Shown piece after piece: positions 37,151-47,285 of a stretch of 55,484 nucleotides of DNA. Positions within the stretch are counted from its first letter, which is position 1. The number at the start of each line of letters is the position of its first letter. Source of the DNA: an uncultured Collinsella sp. (lineage in GTDB: Bacteria > Actinomycetota > Coriobacteriia > Coriobacteriales > Coriobacteriaceae); the NCBI GenBank assembly GCA_902494945.1, contig CABUVF010000001.1:1-55484 (forward strand), given 5' to 3'. The notes beneath the pieces were generated by a model. That model was not told where the DNA came from, ran no database searches, and was given only the letters and a program-made list of their open reading frames with translations. A program made the position numbers and the translations under genes.

Positions 37151-39148
37151 CTACTGCAGGTCCAGCTGGTCCAGGTACTCCTTGCCGTGCTCGGAGATAT
37201 GGCGCTTGCGGCCCGCCTCGTCGTTGCCCAGCAACAGGTTGAACATGGTTTCCATCTTGGTGACGTCCTCGGGCTCCACCTTGATCAGACGGCGCGTCTC
37301 GGGGTTCATGGTGGTGAGCCACATCATGTCCGGATCGTTCTCACCAAGACCCTTGGAGCGGTTGATGGAGCACTTCTGGTCGCCGATCTCCTTGAGGATG
37401 CCGTTTTTCTCGAGCTCGGTGTAGGCAAAGTAGGTCTTTTCTTTGCAGTTGATCTCGTAGAGCGGCGACTCGGCGATATAGACGTAGCCCTCGTCGATAA
37501 GCGTGGGCACCAGGCGATAGAGCATGGTGAGCACGAGCGTGCGGATGTGATAACCGTCGACGTCGGCGTCCGTACAGATGATGACCTTGTTCCAGTTGAG
37601 GTTGTCCAGGTCAAAGGCACCGAGGTTCTTGATGCGCTTGTCCTTGATCTCCACGCCGCAGCCCAGCACGCGCATAAGGTCCATGATGATGTCGGACTTA
37701 AAGATGCGCGGGTAGTCCTCCTTCAGGCAGTTGAGGATCTTGCCGCGGACGGGCATAACGCCCTGGAACTCGGCGTCGCGCGACGTGCGGATGGCGCCTG
37801 CTGCCGAGTCGCCCTCTACGATGTAGATCTCGCGACGGCTCTTGTCCTTGGAGCGGCAGTCGATGAATTTCTGCACGCGGTTGGCCATGTCGGTCTTCTG
37901 CTGCAGGTTGGTCTTGATGCTCAGGCGGGTCTTCTCGGCGTTCTCGCGCGAGCGCTTGTTGATGAGCACCTGCTCCACGATCTTGTTGGCGGCGTCTTTG
38001 TTCTCGATCAAGTAGGTCGAGAGGCGCTCCTTAAAGAATGCCGTCATGGCCTGCTGGATAAAGCGGTTGTTGATGGCCTTCTTGGTCTGGTTCTCGTAGG
38101 ACGTCTGGGTGGAGAAGCAGTTGGTCACCAGTACCAGACAGTCCTGGACGTCTTGCCACTTAATGCCGGTCTCGTTTTTGTTGTACTTACCCTGTTGCTT
38201 AATATAGGCGTCGATGGCGCTGGTCAGAGCGCTGCGGGCGGCCTTTTCCGGCGAACCGCCGTTCTCGAGCCACGATGAGTTGTGGTAGTACTCCTGCATT
38301 GTGAGGGTGCGCGAGAAGCACATGCACGCGGTGATCTTTACGTTGTAGTCGGGCAGGTCCTCGCGATCACGACCGCGGCGGTCGGCCTCGATAAAGAAGG
38401 GCTCGGTGAGGTAATCGGCACCGACCTTCTCGAGCACGTAGTCCTCGATACCCTTGGGGTAGCAAAAATCCTCTTCGGAAAACTCGCCGTCGTCGCCCTC
38501 GATGCGCAGGCGGAAGGTCACGTTGGCGTTGACCACGGCCTGGCGGCGCATGGTCTCGCGATACCAATCGTGGGGAATGCTAATCGAGGTAAAGACTTCA
38601 AGATCGGGGCGCCACTTGATGGTGGTGCCGGTGCGGTCCGCGTCGCTGGGCTCGATCTCGAGCGCCTTCTTTTTGGCGCCGACGACCTTGCCTTTCTTAA
38701 AGTGCAGAGAGTACTTGTTGCCGTCGCGCCAAACGGTGACGTCCATGTACTCGGAGGCGTACTGGGTCGCGCACGAGCCCAGGCCGTTGGTGCCGAGCGA
38801 GAAGTCGTAGTCGCCGCCCTGGTTGTTGTTGTACTTGCCGCCGGCGTAGAGCTCGCAAAAGACGAGCTCCCAGTTAAAGCGCTTCTCGGAAGGGTTCCAG
38901 TCGAGCGGGCAGCCACGGCCGTTATCCTCTACCTGAATGGAGCCATCGCGAAAGGCGGTAAGGGTGATAAGTTTGCCGTAGCCCTGGCGTGCCTCGTCAA
39001 CGGCGTTGGACAGGATCTCGAAGGCAGCATGCGCGCAGCCGTCGAGCCCGTCCGAGCCAAAGATGACGGCGGGGCGCAGGCGTACGCGCTCCTCGTCCTT
39101 GAGCTGGCGGATGCTGTCGTTACCATAGTTTGCGGTGTTTTTTGCCAT
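37151..39148 (-). CDS. Type IIA topoisomerase subunit B (GyrB/ParE-like)
   Basis: EILSNAVDE, DNGRG, VEGDSA, PVRGKILN, DADVDG, KGLGE. Confidence 0.92.
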   Translation of the reverse strand: MAKNTANYGNDSIRQLKDEERVRLRPAVIFGSDGLDGCAHAAFEILSNAVDEARQGYGKLITLTAFRDGSIQVEDNGRGCPLDWNPSEKRFNWELVFCELYAGGKYNNNQGGDYDFSLGTNGLGSCATQYASEYMDVTVWRDGNKYSLHFKKGKVVGAKKKALEIEPSDADRTGTTIKWRPDLEVFTSISIPHDWYRETMRRQAVVNANVTFRLRIEGDDGEFSEEDFCYPKGIEDYVLEKVGADYLTEPFFIEADRRGRDREDLPDYNVKITACMCFSRTLTMQEYYHNSSWLENGGSPEKAARSALTSAIDAYIKQQGKYNKNETGIKWQDVQDCLVLVTNCFSTQTSYENQTKKAINNRFIQQAMTAFFKERLSTYLIENKDAANKIVEQVLINKRSRENAEKTRLSIKTNLQQKTDMANRVQKFIDCRSKDKSRREIYIVEGDSAAGAIRTSRDAEFQGVMPVRGKILNCLKEDYPRIFKSDIIMDLMRVLGCGVEIKDKRIKNLGAFDLDNLNWNKVIICTDADVDGYHIRTLVLTMLYRLVPTLIDEGYVYIAESPLYEINCKEKTYFAYTELEKNGILKEIGDQKCSINRSKGLGENDPDMMWLTTMNPETRRLIKVEPEDVTKMETMFNLLLGNDEAGRKRHISEHGKEYLDQLDLQ

Positions 39149-39300
39149 ACTCGCTCTCTCGGTGCTCCCTTGCTGCGTTTTAGTCATATAGATAGTCAAG
39201 GTAGCATAGCCCAGGCCACGGGCGATTCTACCTAACACGAAATCCATCGAACAATCGTTCGATTAGATAATGGATGCTTGGGATGCGGGTGGGGCCTGTC

Positions 39301-40683
39301 CTATTCAAACATCTGCGGCAGGTCGATGAAGACGGTTCGATCGCTTTCGTCAGCTTCGAAGCCCGAACGGGAGAAGAATCCGTAGCGATGGCACTTGAGC
39401 CCCGTTGCCTCGACTTGGGTGATTTCCTCGTCGACCATTTTTTGCGTGACGGGGGATTTGCGGAACTTGGCTTCGTAGAATGCGTAACCGTCGGGGTCTT
39501 GCGTTACCACGTCGAATTCGCCACTCGTTTTGTTTGCGGGGTCGTCGTACCAGTACTTGCCTATGGCGTCGAAGGCTGGCTCGACCATGCCGGATCTGTT
39601 TTGTCGTACGAGGTGTTGGCGACAAATTTCTTCGAACATATGCGGGACGTAGTTTTCCTCGAAGTCTTGGGCAACGTGGCGATCATAGAAAACTTCTGGG
39701 TCGAGCAGCTGACGCGCGGAGGTATTGCGAAAGACGTAGCGATAGTAAAAGAGGGAAAGCGGGTCCACTACAAAGTAGCCAGACTTGCGCTTGTTCGTAG
39801 GGTCGTTGATGGGCGCACGCTTTTGGACGATCTCGAGCGATATGAGCTTGTCGAGCACGTCCGCCATGGCGGGGCCGCTCGAGACGTGCGACTGTGCCAG
39901 TACATCTCCCCAGCGTGAGTAGCCTTGTGCGAGAGCTCCGAAAACTTCGTTGGCGTTGGTCATTTTCGAGATCTCGGCGCTGAGATAGGACGGCACTTCG
40001 TTCTCTAGACGGGCTCCGGGTTCTGTGACGAGCTCGATGATGTTGTCGCGCACGCTTTGGGATTGATCGATGAGGCGATTGTAAAAGGGAATGCCGCCAA
40101 AAACACTGTAGAGCCGCACCTTGTCTTCGGGCGAGAATGCGGGATAGAACTTCGCGGCGTCAAAGTAGTCCATGGGCTTGAGCTCGAGCGTAAGGTCAAT
40201 TCGCCCGTAAAGGGGGCTCGCATGTTCGATGAGGGATTTCATGATCTCAACGTAGGATCCGCACAGAACGATGCTTAAGCGTGAATCTTCCCTATGGGTG
40301 TCGATTGAAGTCTGAAGGATACTGTCTAAGCCTTTAACCGCATCTCTCAAGTAAGGGTATTCGTCGAGAATGAGTACGATGTTCTTGCCCTTGGCTTGGA
40401 CAAACAGAAACTCGATGAGTTCGCGGATGCCCGTGAAAGCGAGCGGCGGAAACCCCAGCGCTTCAGCGGCAAGGGCGGAAAGGCTTTCAAGGTTGTCTGC
40501 CTCGGAGGTTTGGCGGCACTCGTAGTAGACCGTTGTGGTGTCTGCCAAATCGGTTAGTGCCTGCTTGATGAGTTCGCTTTTGCCGACGCGACGCCTGCCG
40601 TAAACGAGAACATTGCGCTGCTCGGGCGCCTTGAGCGCCTTCTTAATGCGAGCGAGTTCACGCTCCCTGCCGATGAATTCCAC
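39301..40683 (-). CDS. AAA ATPase with DUF234/PD-(D/E)XK C-terminus
   Basis: FIGRERE, GRRRVGKS, LDEYP, EFDVV..YEAK. Confidence 0.88.
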   Translation of the reverse strand: MEFIGRERELARIKKALKAPEQRNVLVYGRRRVGKSELIKQALTDLADTTTVYYECRQTSEADNLESLSALAAEALGFPPLAFTGIRELIEFLFVQAKGKNIVLILDEYPYLRDAVKGLDSILQTSIDTHREDSRLSIVLCGSYVEIMKSLIEHASPLYGRIDLTLELKPMDYFDAAKFYPAFSPEDKVRLYSVFGGIPFYNRLIDQSQSVRDNIIELVTEPGARLENEVPSYLSAEISKMTNANEVFGALAQGYSRWGDVLAQSHVSSGPAMADVLDKLISLEIVQKRAPINDPTNKRKSGYFVVDPLSLFYYRYVFRNTSARQLLDPEVFYDRHVAQDFEENYVPHMFEEICRQHLVRQNRSGMVEPAFDAIGKYWYDDPANKTSGEFDVVTQDPDGYAFYEAKFRKSPVTQKMVDEEITQVEATGLKCHRYGFFSRSGFEADESDRTVFIDLPQMFE

Positions 40684-40939
40684 TTACTCGGTTCCTTTCG
40701 ACTCGGTTTTGTCCGAGTTAATTGTATCGCATGAATATGTTTATGCTCGAGTTTACTCGGACAAAACCGAGTCGGTTCTGTCCGAGTAAGTTTGAATAGC
40801 GAATCGAAATTGTTATGTCCACATGGCGATGGCGAACACGGTTTCCATAATGACAGATATAGTTGACATCTTGTGAAGGATGCAATATATTTCTGTCATG
40901 TTGCAACGGATATCTGTCCACATTTACGAAAGGAGTCCC

Positions 40940-41170
40940 ATGCCGGGTAAGAAAAACCTCCGCATGAAGGCGGCACGCGCGGCAGCTGGCCTTTCGCAAG
41001 CTGACTTAGCCCAAGCCGTGGGCGTTACGCGCCAAACCATCGGCCTTATCGAGGCGGGCGGCTACAACCCCACGCTCAATTTATGTGTAGCGATCTGCAA
41101 AGCGCTGCACGTGACGTTGAACGATCTGTTTTGGGAAGACGAAACCGACGCCGACCCTAATACTCTTTAG
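40940..41170 (+). CDS. Xre-family HTH regulator
   Basis: LSQADLAQAVGVTRQTIGLIEAGGYNPTL; AAGGAG RBS. Confidence 0.92.
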   Translation: MPGKKNLRMKAARAAAGLSQADLAQAVGVTRQTIGLIEAGGYNPTLNLCVAICKALHVTLNDLFWEDETDADPNTL

Positions 41171-41179
41171 GAGTTCACT

Positions 41180-41764
41180 ATGAAATATGAAGATCTGAAA
41201 ATCGTGCAAAAGTGGCGTGAATATGCCGGCCCAAAGGATGAACGCCTGGAGGCTGAGAACGCGAAGATCTACAAGATTGGTTTCGTGCTGCTTTCGTTTG
41301 GCATGTTGATGATCTTTTTCTACCAGTTTATAGCTCGACAGGTTGCGTGGGTTCACAGCGACGCCAGTGAAATGCCGCATGGCTTTGCAACGCCGTTCGA
41401 GGCAGCCATGTATTTGTGGTTCGTTCTCGTGATGTTGATTTGTGCAGGACTGCAAACGCGGAAGGGCTATGTCGATACCAACCGCTTTGGACAGACCGAG
41501 CATCTTCCCGTCGGATACTTCCTACTCCTCTGCGGTATCAGCGGGGTCACGAGCGCGCTTGTCATTGCGGCGATGCGTTGTATCGCAGAGGCGCAGATTG
41601 TGCCGCTCGAAAGCGTCTTCTGGGCGGCGAACTTGGCTATGGGTGCGTCCTGCGGCCTGATGATTGCCGTTGCCACCTTCGCTGCCCTTTGCACAGTGTA
41701 CTTCTCGGCGAAAAGGCGCCGCGCAAAGATCGAAGCCGAGCTCGACTCCGCTGGCGACATCTAA
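41180..41764 (+). CDS. DUF6773-like membrane protein
   Basis: KDER motif, four TMs, follows Xre gene. Confidence 0.7.
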   Translation: MKYEDLKIVQKWREYAGPKDERLEAENAKIYKIGFVLLSFGMLMIFFYQFIARQVAWVHSDASEMPHGFATPFEAAMYLWFVLVMLICAGLQTRKGYVDTNRFGQTEHLPVGYFLLLCGISGVTSALVIAAMRCIAEAQIVPLESVFWAANLAMGASCGLMIAVATFAALCTVYFSAKRRRAKIEAELDSAGDI

Positions 41765-41909
41765 TGCTGTCTTTGAGGCGCGCGTCGTTCCGGCAAGTCC
41801 GGTCATTGGCGTGCACGTTGGCCCCGCCGTGGGTATCGCTTATGAATGCGCGGAACGTATAGAGGATAAGTTTGGCGATGTTGCTCCCGAGGTCGTTGTC
41901 GAGGCCTAG
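41765..41909 (+). pseudogene. C-terminal remnant of a DegV-family gene
   Basis: SPVIGVHVGPAVGIAY motif without an N-terminal part. Confidence 0.65.
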
Positions 41910-42058
41910 CTGACCTCGACATTAGGAAAAAATGCCGCCCCTGCAAAAAGCTCCGTCGCAGCGATGGGAAACGAACCTCACTCTGCATATAATGAGGTCA
42001 TATGACAGCGCGTCTGCATATGCGCGGCGCGTTCCATCGAACCGAAAAGGAGCCCTGC

Positions 42059-43039
42059 ATGGATCCCAACAAGCGTCCCGACGATATGGTGCGCATCACC
42101 ACCCCCGAACTCGCCCAAGCCTTCATCGACGAGCAGGTCACCGCAATCCGCGAGCAGATCGGCGACAAGAAGGTCCTGCTGGCCCTTTCTGGCGGCGTCG
42201 ACAGCTCTGTTGTCGCGGCGCTGCTGATCAAGGCTATCGGCAAGCAGCTCATCTGCGTGCATGTGAACCATGGTCTCATGCGCAAGGGCGAGAGCGAGCA
42301 GGTCATCGACGTGTTCCAGAATCAGATGGACGCCAACCTGGTTTACGTGGACGCCACCGACCGCTTTCTCGATAAGCTCGTCGACGTTGACGAGCCCGAG
42401 GCCAAGCGCAAGATCATCGGCGCCGAGTTTATCCGCGTGTTCGAGGAGGAGGCCCGCAAGGTCGGTGACGAGGTCAGTTTCCTCGCCCAGGGCACCATCT
42501 ACCCCGACATTCTGGAGTCGCAGGACGGCGTGAAGGCTCACCACAACGTTGGCGGCCTGCCCGAGGACCTGCAGTTTGAGCTCTGCGAGCCCGTTAAGCT
42601 GCTGTATAAGGACGAGGTGCGCGTCGTGGGCCGCGAGCTCGGCCTGCCCGAGAACATGGTTGAGCGTCAGCCGTTCCCCGGTCCTGGCCTGGGCGTCCGC
42701 TGCCTTGGCGCCATCACCCGCGACCGTCTCGAGGCGCTGCGCGAGGCCGACGCCATCGTCCGCGAGGAGATCGACAAGGCCGGTCTGACCATCTGGCAGT
42801 ACTTTGCCGTAGTGCCCGATTTCCGCGCTACCGGTGTGCGCGAGGGCAAGCGCGCCTACGACTGGCCCTGCATCATTCGCTGCATCAACACCGTCGACGT
42901 CATGACCGCCGAGGTGCCTGAGCTCGACTGGGCGCTGCTCAAGCGCATTACCGCTCGCGTGACCGCCGAGGTCCCCGGTATTTGCCGCGTTTGCTACGAC
43001 CTCACGCCGAAGCCCGTCGGCACGGTCGAGTGGGAGTAA
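42059..43039 (+). CDS. guaA: GMP synthase, ATPPase + dimerisation domains only
   Basis: LSGGVDS, QGTIYPD, HHNVGG, PFPGPGL, KPVGTVEWE; no GATase domain. Confidence 0.92.
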   Translation: MDPNKRPDDMVRITTPELAQAFIDEQVTAIREQIGDKKVLLALSGGVDSSVVAALLIKAIGKQLICVHVNHGLMRKGESEQVIDVFQNQMDANLVYVDATDRFLDKLVDVDEPEAKRKIIGAEFIRVFEEEARKVGDEVSFLAQGTIYPDILESQDGVKAHHNVGGLPEDLQFELCEPVKLLYKDEVRVVGRELGLPENMVERQPFPGPGLGVRCLGAITRDRLEALREADAIVREEIDKAGLTIWQYFAVVPDFRATGVREGKRAYDWPCIIRCINTVDVMTAEVPELDWALLKRITARVTAEVPGICRVCYDLTPKPVGTVEWE

Positions 43040-43051
43040 ACTAACTCACCT

Positions 43052-43086
43052 AGCCCCCGTTTCCGTTTGGAAGCGGGGGCTTTTTG
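43052..43086 (+). terminator. Intrinsic terminator
   Basis: AGCCCCCG..CGGGGGCT-TTTT. Confidence 0.8.
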
Positions 43087-43098
43087 CTGGCGCTTCGC

Positions 43099-44250
43099 CT
43101 AATTTCGTGCATCTTCGATGTTGTGTGCAGGAAGGGTTACGAGCATGGTCGTTCCGCGCTCCGAGCTCTCTTCGACCTCGATGGAGCCGCCGTGAAGCGC
43201 GGCGATCTCCCAGACCAGCGCAAGCCCCAGCCCCACGCCGCCATATGCCCTGCTGCGCGATTTGTCGACGCGAAAGAAGGGCTGGAAGATGCTCGTCTGG
43301 TATTGCTCGGGAATGCCCGGTCCCTGGTCGCGCACGCGTAGCAGCACGCGGTCGCCTTCGGCGCAGGCGTTGATTTGCACGGTCGAGTTGGGCGCGCTAT
43401 AGCGTATGGCGTTTTCGGCCAAGTTGAACAGCAGCCGATAGATCAGCGTGTCGCTGCCGATTGTTTGCGCGTCGCCCTCGCTTGCAAGCGTGATGTCTTT
43501 TTGCTCGGCAAGGGGTGCCAGGTCGGTGAGCACTTCTTCGATCATCGGTGCCAGGTCAATCGTGTCGTTGCAGGGAACGCTGCGCAGCTCGCTCATCTCG
43601 AGCAGGGTCTTTGTCATGTGCGTCATTCGCTCGGTTTGCTCTTGCAGCAGCCCGAGCAGACGCGCTGTATCTGCATCGACGTCGGGATGCTCGGCGTAAA
43701 ACAGCTCAACTTGGGCCTGCATGAGCGCAAGCGGCGTGCGCAGCTCGTGCGCCGCATTGCCCGTAAACTGTCTTTGTGCGGAAAATCCCTCGTCAAGGCG
43801 GGAAATCATGTCGTTAAACGACGCGCTGCAGCGCCTGAGTTCAGAGGGCACGTCCTCGCTGATTTTTGTGTCGGCGAGGTTGTCGGGCCGCACGCTCTCG
43901 ACTTGCGTCGCAAAGAAGCGCAACGGCCGCAGCGCATGTCCGCTCACAAAGTAGGCCAGCACGCCGCCGAGCAGCGTCACCGCCGCAGTTATATACCAGC
44001 TCGTCGCGCCAAACGATTCTTGGGCGTCGTTCACGACGATGGTCAGCGCGTCGTCGAGCTCTTTGTTTGTCGGGTCAAATGAGCTGGGCGAGGCCGCCTC
44101 CACCTTGCTGTGCGCCGATAGTTCATTGCCGATCGAGTCCATGTAGCGCATGCCGGAGTAGCCAACCAGGCAATTCATAAGTACGCAGGTCGAGCATACC
44201 AGCAGGGCCGTCATCAACGTGATGCGCCACTGCAGCGACAGCCGCTTCAT
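43099..44250 (-). CDS. HAMP sensor histidine kinase
   Basis: AHELRTPL, NAIRY, DQGPG, GVGLGL. Confidence 0.93.
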   Translation of the reverse strand: MKRLSLQWRITLMTALLVCSTCVLMNCLVGYSGMRYMDSIGNELSAHSKVEAASPSSFDPTNKELDDALTIVVNDAQESFGATSWYITAAVTLLGGVLAYFVSGHALRPLRFFATQVESVRPDNLADTKISEDVPSELRRCSASFNDMISRLDEGFSAQRQFTGNAAHELRTPLALMQAQVELFYAEHPDVDADTARLLGLLQEQTERMTHMTKTLLEMSELRSVPCNDTIDLAPMIEEVLTDLAPLAEQKDITLASEGDAQTIGSDTLIYRLLFNLAENAIRYSAPNSTVQINACAEGDRVLLRVRDQGPGIPEQYQTSIFQPFFRVDKSRSRAYGGVGLGLALVWEIAALHGGSIEVEESSERGTTMLVTLPAHNIEDARN

Positions 44251-44921
44251 TCGCCGTCCTCCATAACGTAGCCTTCGCCGATTCGGTTGCGGATGGGATC
44301 ATGTCCCAACGCGCCGCGCAGCTTTTTGCGCAGCGACGAGATGTGCACGCGGGTCGCGTTGCTAAAGCTGTTGACGCTGCTGTCCCATACGTGGTCGATG
44401 AGCTCCTCCTGGCTCACCGGCCGCCCCTGGTTAAGCATCAGGTATTCCAAGATGCCGGTCTCCTTGCGCGTGAGGGACAGGATCTCGTCGCCCACTGTGG
44501 CGAGGCGCGCCTTGGTGTCAAAGCTCAGCGATCCACAGGTTAGAACAACGTCGCTTTGTGTAAAGCGTCTGAGGGTAAGGCTGCGAATCCTTGCCGCAAG
44601 CTCGTCAAGATGAAACGGCTTGGTGAGGTAGTCGTTGGCGCCCGCATCGAGCCCCGCTACCTTGTCGGAGACCTCGCCACGTGCCGAGAGCACAAGCACC
44701 TTGGTCTCACAATCAGCTGTCCTGAGTTGCCTGAGCACGGTCATGCCGTCGACATGGGGGAGGTTGAGGTCGAGTACGACAAGATCAAAGGTCTCGACAT
44801 CGAGCAGATCGAGCGCCTGCTGCCCGTCGTAGCAGCAGTCGACGCTATAGGCCAAGTTGCGCAGGCTGCGTGCGATTGCATCGCACAGTGCCCGTTCGTC
44901 CTCGACGACCAAGATGCGCAT
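44247..44921 (-). CDS. OmpR-family response regulator
   Basis: VVEDE, LDLNLP, KPF, winged helix. Confidence 0.93.
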   Translation of the reverse strand: MRILVVEDERALCDAIARSLRNLAYSVDCCYDGQQALDLLDVETFDLVVLDLNLPHVDGMTVLRQLRTADCETKVLVLSARGEVSDKVAGLDAGANDYLTKPFHLDELAARIRSLTLRRFTQSDVVLTCGSLSFDTKARLATVGDEILSLTRKETGILEYLMLNQGRPVSQEELIDHVWDSSVNSFSNATRVHISSLRKKLRGALGHDPIRNRIGEGYVMEDGE

Positions 44922-45010
44922 AACGTTCTCCTTGCATAGTCATTCACGCTTAACACGGATTTTATAGTCGGTATGGTCCAATGGGTCGCGAAACGAAAGG
45001 AGTGGTCAGA

Positions 45011-45157
45011 TTGTTCAAAGCGATTAAGCCTGTGGCGCAGGTGGCTTTGCTGATCGTTGGGGTAGCCATGGTTGGCTTTGGAATTATGCGCGGCGAGGCA
45101 GATGCCGTGCTGGCCAAGGCAATCAGGCTGTGCTTGGAGTGTATCGGAATTGGATAA
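45011..45157 (+). CDS. CD1871A-family small CXXC membrane protein
   Basis: AAAGGAG + TTG; ends KAIRLCLECIGIG; not in ORF track. Confidence 0.8.
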   Translation: MFKAIKPVAQVALLIVGVAMVGFGIMRGEADAVLAKAIRLCLECIGIG

Positions 45158-46061
45158 AAGAAAAAACACTGCATCGCATCTTTTGGCGAGATTCCGCGGA
45201 TTGATTCAGGCGGCGGCAACGCTTGCGACCAATATTCACCTGCCTAACTTTGCCAAGGGAGGCATCTACCAGGGGGCGGGCAAAGCCGTCTGCGTGCCGG
45301 GGCTCAACTGCTACTCGTGTCCGGCGGCCTCGGGTGCGTGCCCCATCGGGTCGTTTCAGTCGGTGGTGGGCTCGTCTAAGTTCAGCTTTTCGTATTACGT
45401 CACCGGAACACTCATTCTGATCGGCGTGCTGCTGGGACGTTTTGTATGCGGCTTTTTATGCCCGTTTGGATGGCTGCAAGAGCTTCTGCATAAGATTCCC
45501 GGCAAAAAGCTCTCGACGAAAAAGCTCAAGCCGCTCACGTACATCAAGTATGCCGTGCTGCTGTTTGCCGTGGTGCTGCTGCCTGTCTTGGTGGTCAACG
45601 ATGTGGGCATGGGCGACCCGTTCTTTTGCAAGTACATCTGCCCACAGGGCGTGCTCGAGGGTGCGATTCCGCTGTCCATCATGAATACGGGAATCCGCTC
45701 CGCGCTGGGAAAGCTCTTTACCTGGAAGCTCGCGATTCTCATTGCGGTTGCGGTGCTGAGCGTGTTGTTCTACCGCCCCTTCTGCAAATGGATCTGCCCC
45801 CTCGGTGCGTTTTATGCGCTCATGAACAAGGTGTCGTTGTTGGGGATTCAGGTTGACCAGTGCAAATGCGTCTCGTGCGGTAAGTGCGCCAAGGTGTGTC
45901 TGATGGACGTGGACGTTACGCGTACGCCCGACCATGCCGAGTGCATCCGTTGCGGCAAATGCGTGGGTGCGTGCCCCGTCGATGCTATTAGCTTTCGCTA
46001 CGGGCTGGGTGTGACGGGCGACAAACCCGCGCAGTCCACGCAAGCCTGCGAAAACAAATAG
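45150..46061 (+). CDS. 4Fe-4S binding membrane protein
   Basis: CGFLCPFG, CKWICPLG, two CxxCxxCxxxC clusters. Confidence 0.88.
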   Translation: MDKRKNTASHLLARFRGLIQAAATLATNIHLPNFAKGGIYQGAGKAVCVPGLNCYSCPAASGACPIGSFQSVVGSSKFSFSYYVTGTLILIGVLLGRFVCGFLCPFGWLQELLHKIPGKKLSTKKLKPLTYIKYAVLLFAVVLLPVLVVNDVGMGDPFFCKYICPQGVLEGAIPLSIMNTGIRSALGKLFTWKLAILIAVAVLSVLFYRPFCKWICPLGAFYALMNKVSLLGIQVDQCKCVSCGKCAKVCLMDVDVTRTPDHAECIRCGKCVGACPVDAISFRYGLGVTGDKPAQSTQACENK

Positions 46062-46096
46062 GTACCTATATAAGTTTCGATATAAACGGAGGAACC

Positions 46097-47059
46097 ATGA
46101 AACTGTCAAAAATTGCGGCTCTGTTGATGCTGCCCGTGCTGGCGCTGACTCTCGCGGCGTGCTCTGCCCCCAAGGGCGACGCGAAGGGTGCTACGAGCGG
46201 CGATGCGCAGATTGCCGAGCTCATAGCGCAAAAGCCGTCGAGCGCCGAGGAGGCGGCCGAGCTGTACCAGCAGCTGCTGCAAAAGGAAAACGAGATCTTT
46301 GCGAGCGATAACGCCCTATGGGAAAAGGTGTTTCTTGCGGCCAACAAAGACACTCCCATGATTGAGGACGGCAAGAACTACGGCGACTTTTTGCTTGATA
46401 CCATCGAGGGCGCCAAGGATCAATTTACGGCTGACGAGCTCAAGACGCTTAAGGCCGGCGCGCAGCAGGTCAAGGAGATCGAGGATAAGCTCATGGCGCT
46501 GGAGAAGGAGTTTCCCGGATGTGGCAGCACGCCCGGCGAGGGAGAGAGCGTCGATGCCTCGACCGCAGGCATGACCAACGGCGAGAGCGGGGAGACGAAG
46601 TTCCCCAGCTTTAAGGGCAAGGACTTGGACGGCAACGATGTAAACAGCGACGAGCTGTTCTCCAAGAACAAGGTCACCGTCATGAACTTCTGGTTTACCA
46701 CCTGCAAACCGTGCGTGGGAGAGCTGGGCGATCTGGAGAAGCTCAACAAGGAGCTTGCCGAGAAGGGCGGCCAGGTCGTGGGCGTTAATTCCTTTACGCT
46801 CGATGGCAACAAAGACGAGGTGGCCGATGCCAAGGACGTGCTTTCCAAGAAGGGCGTGACGTATAAGAACATCTGGTTTAAGTCGGACAGCGAGGCCGGA
46901 AAGTTCACCTCCAACCTGTACTCGTTCCCGACCACCTACGTGATCGACCAGAACGGTAACATTGTGGGAGAGCCGATCATGGGCGGCATCAACTCCGCTG
47001 AGCAGCGCGAGGCGCTCAACAAACTGATCGATCAGGCACTCGCGAAGAGCGAACAGTAA
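46097..47059 (+). CDS. TlpA-like thiol-disulfide oxidoreductase lipoprotein
   Basis: LAAC lipobox, NFWFTTCKPC, FPTT. Confidence 0.88.
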   Translation: MKLSKIAALLMLPVLALTLAACSAPKGDAKGATSGDAQIAELIAQKPSSAEEAAELYQQLLQKENEIFASDNALWEKVFLAANKDTPMIEDGKNYGDFLLDTIEGAKDQFTADELKTLKAGAQQVKEIEDKLMALEKEFPGCGSTPGEGESVDASTAGMTNGESGETKFPSFKGKDLDGNDVNSDELFSKNKVTVMNFWFTTCKPCVGELGDLEKLNKELAEKGGQVVGVNSFTLDGNKDEVADAKDVLSKKGVTYKNIWFKSDSEAGKFTSNLYSFPTTYVIDQNGNIVGEPIMGGINSAEQREALNKLIDQALAKSEQ

Positions 47060-47285
47060 GTCCGTGGGACAGACAACTGAAGGGGAGTCGCTGGAAACAG
47101 CGACTCTTTTTTCTGCTTCGGGGTAGCATCATGGGTATACGTCGAAAGGGCACGCAGCTTTTCGTGCATTGCCTGAGCGGTGCGCGAAGCAACCAAGCTG
47201 TGAGTTTTCTTAAGCGTTCTGGGTATGGCAGTGTCAAGAATATCGGCGGCATAAGCGGCTACACGGGAAAGGTGGTGCGTTAGCT

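Noticed and set aside
41910..42058. Purine riboswitch upstream of guaA
   Set aside because: Conserved aptamer core not recognisable
43026..43038. This guaA as the ICE's own insertion site
   Set aside because: It lies downstream of attR beyond housekeeping genes; geometry points to a guaA left of the window
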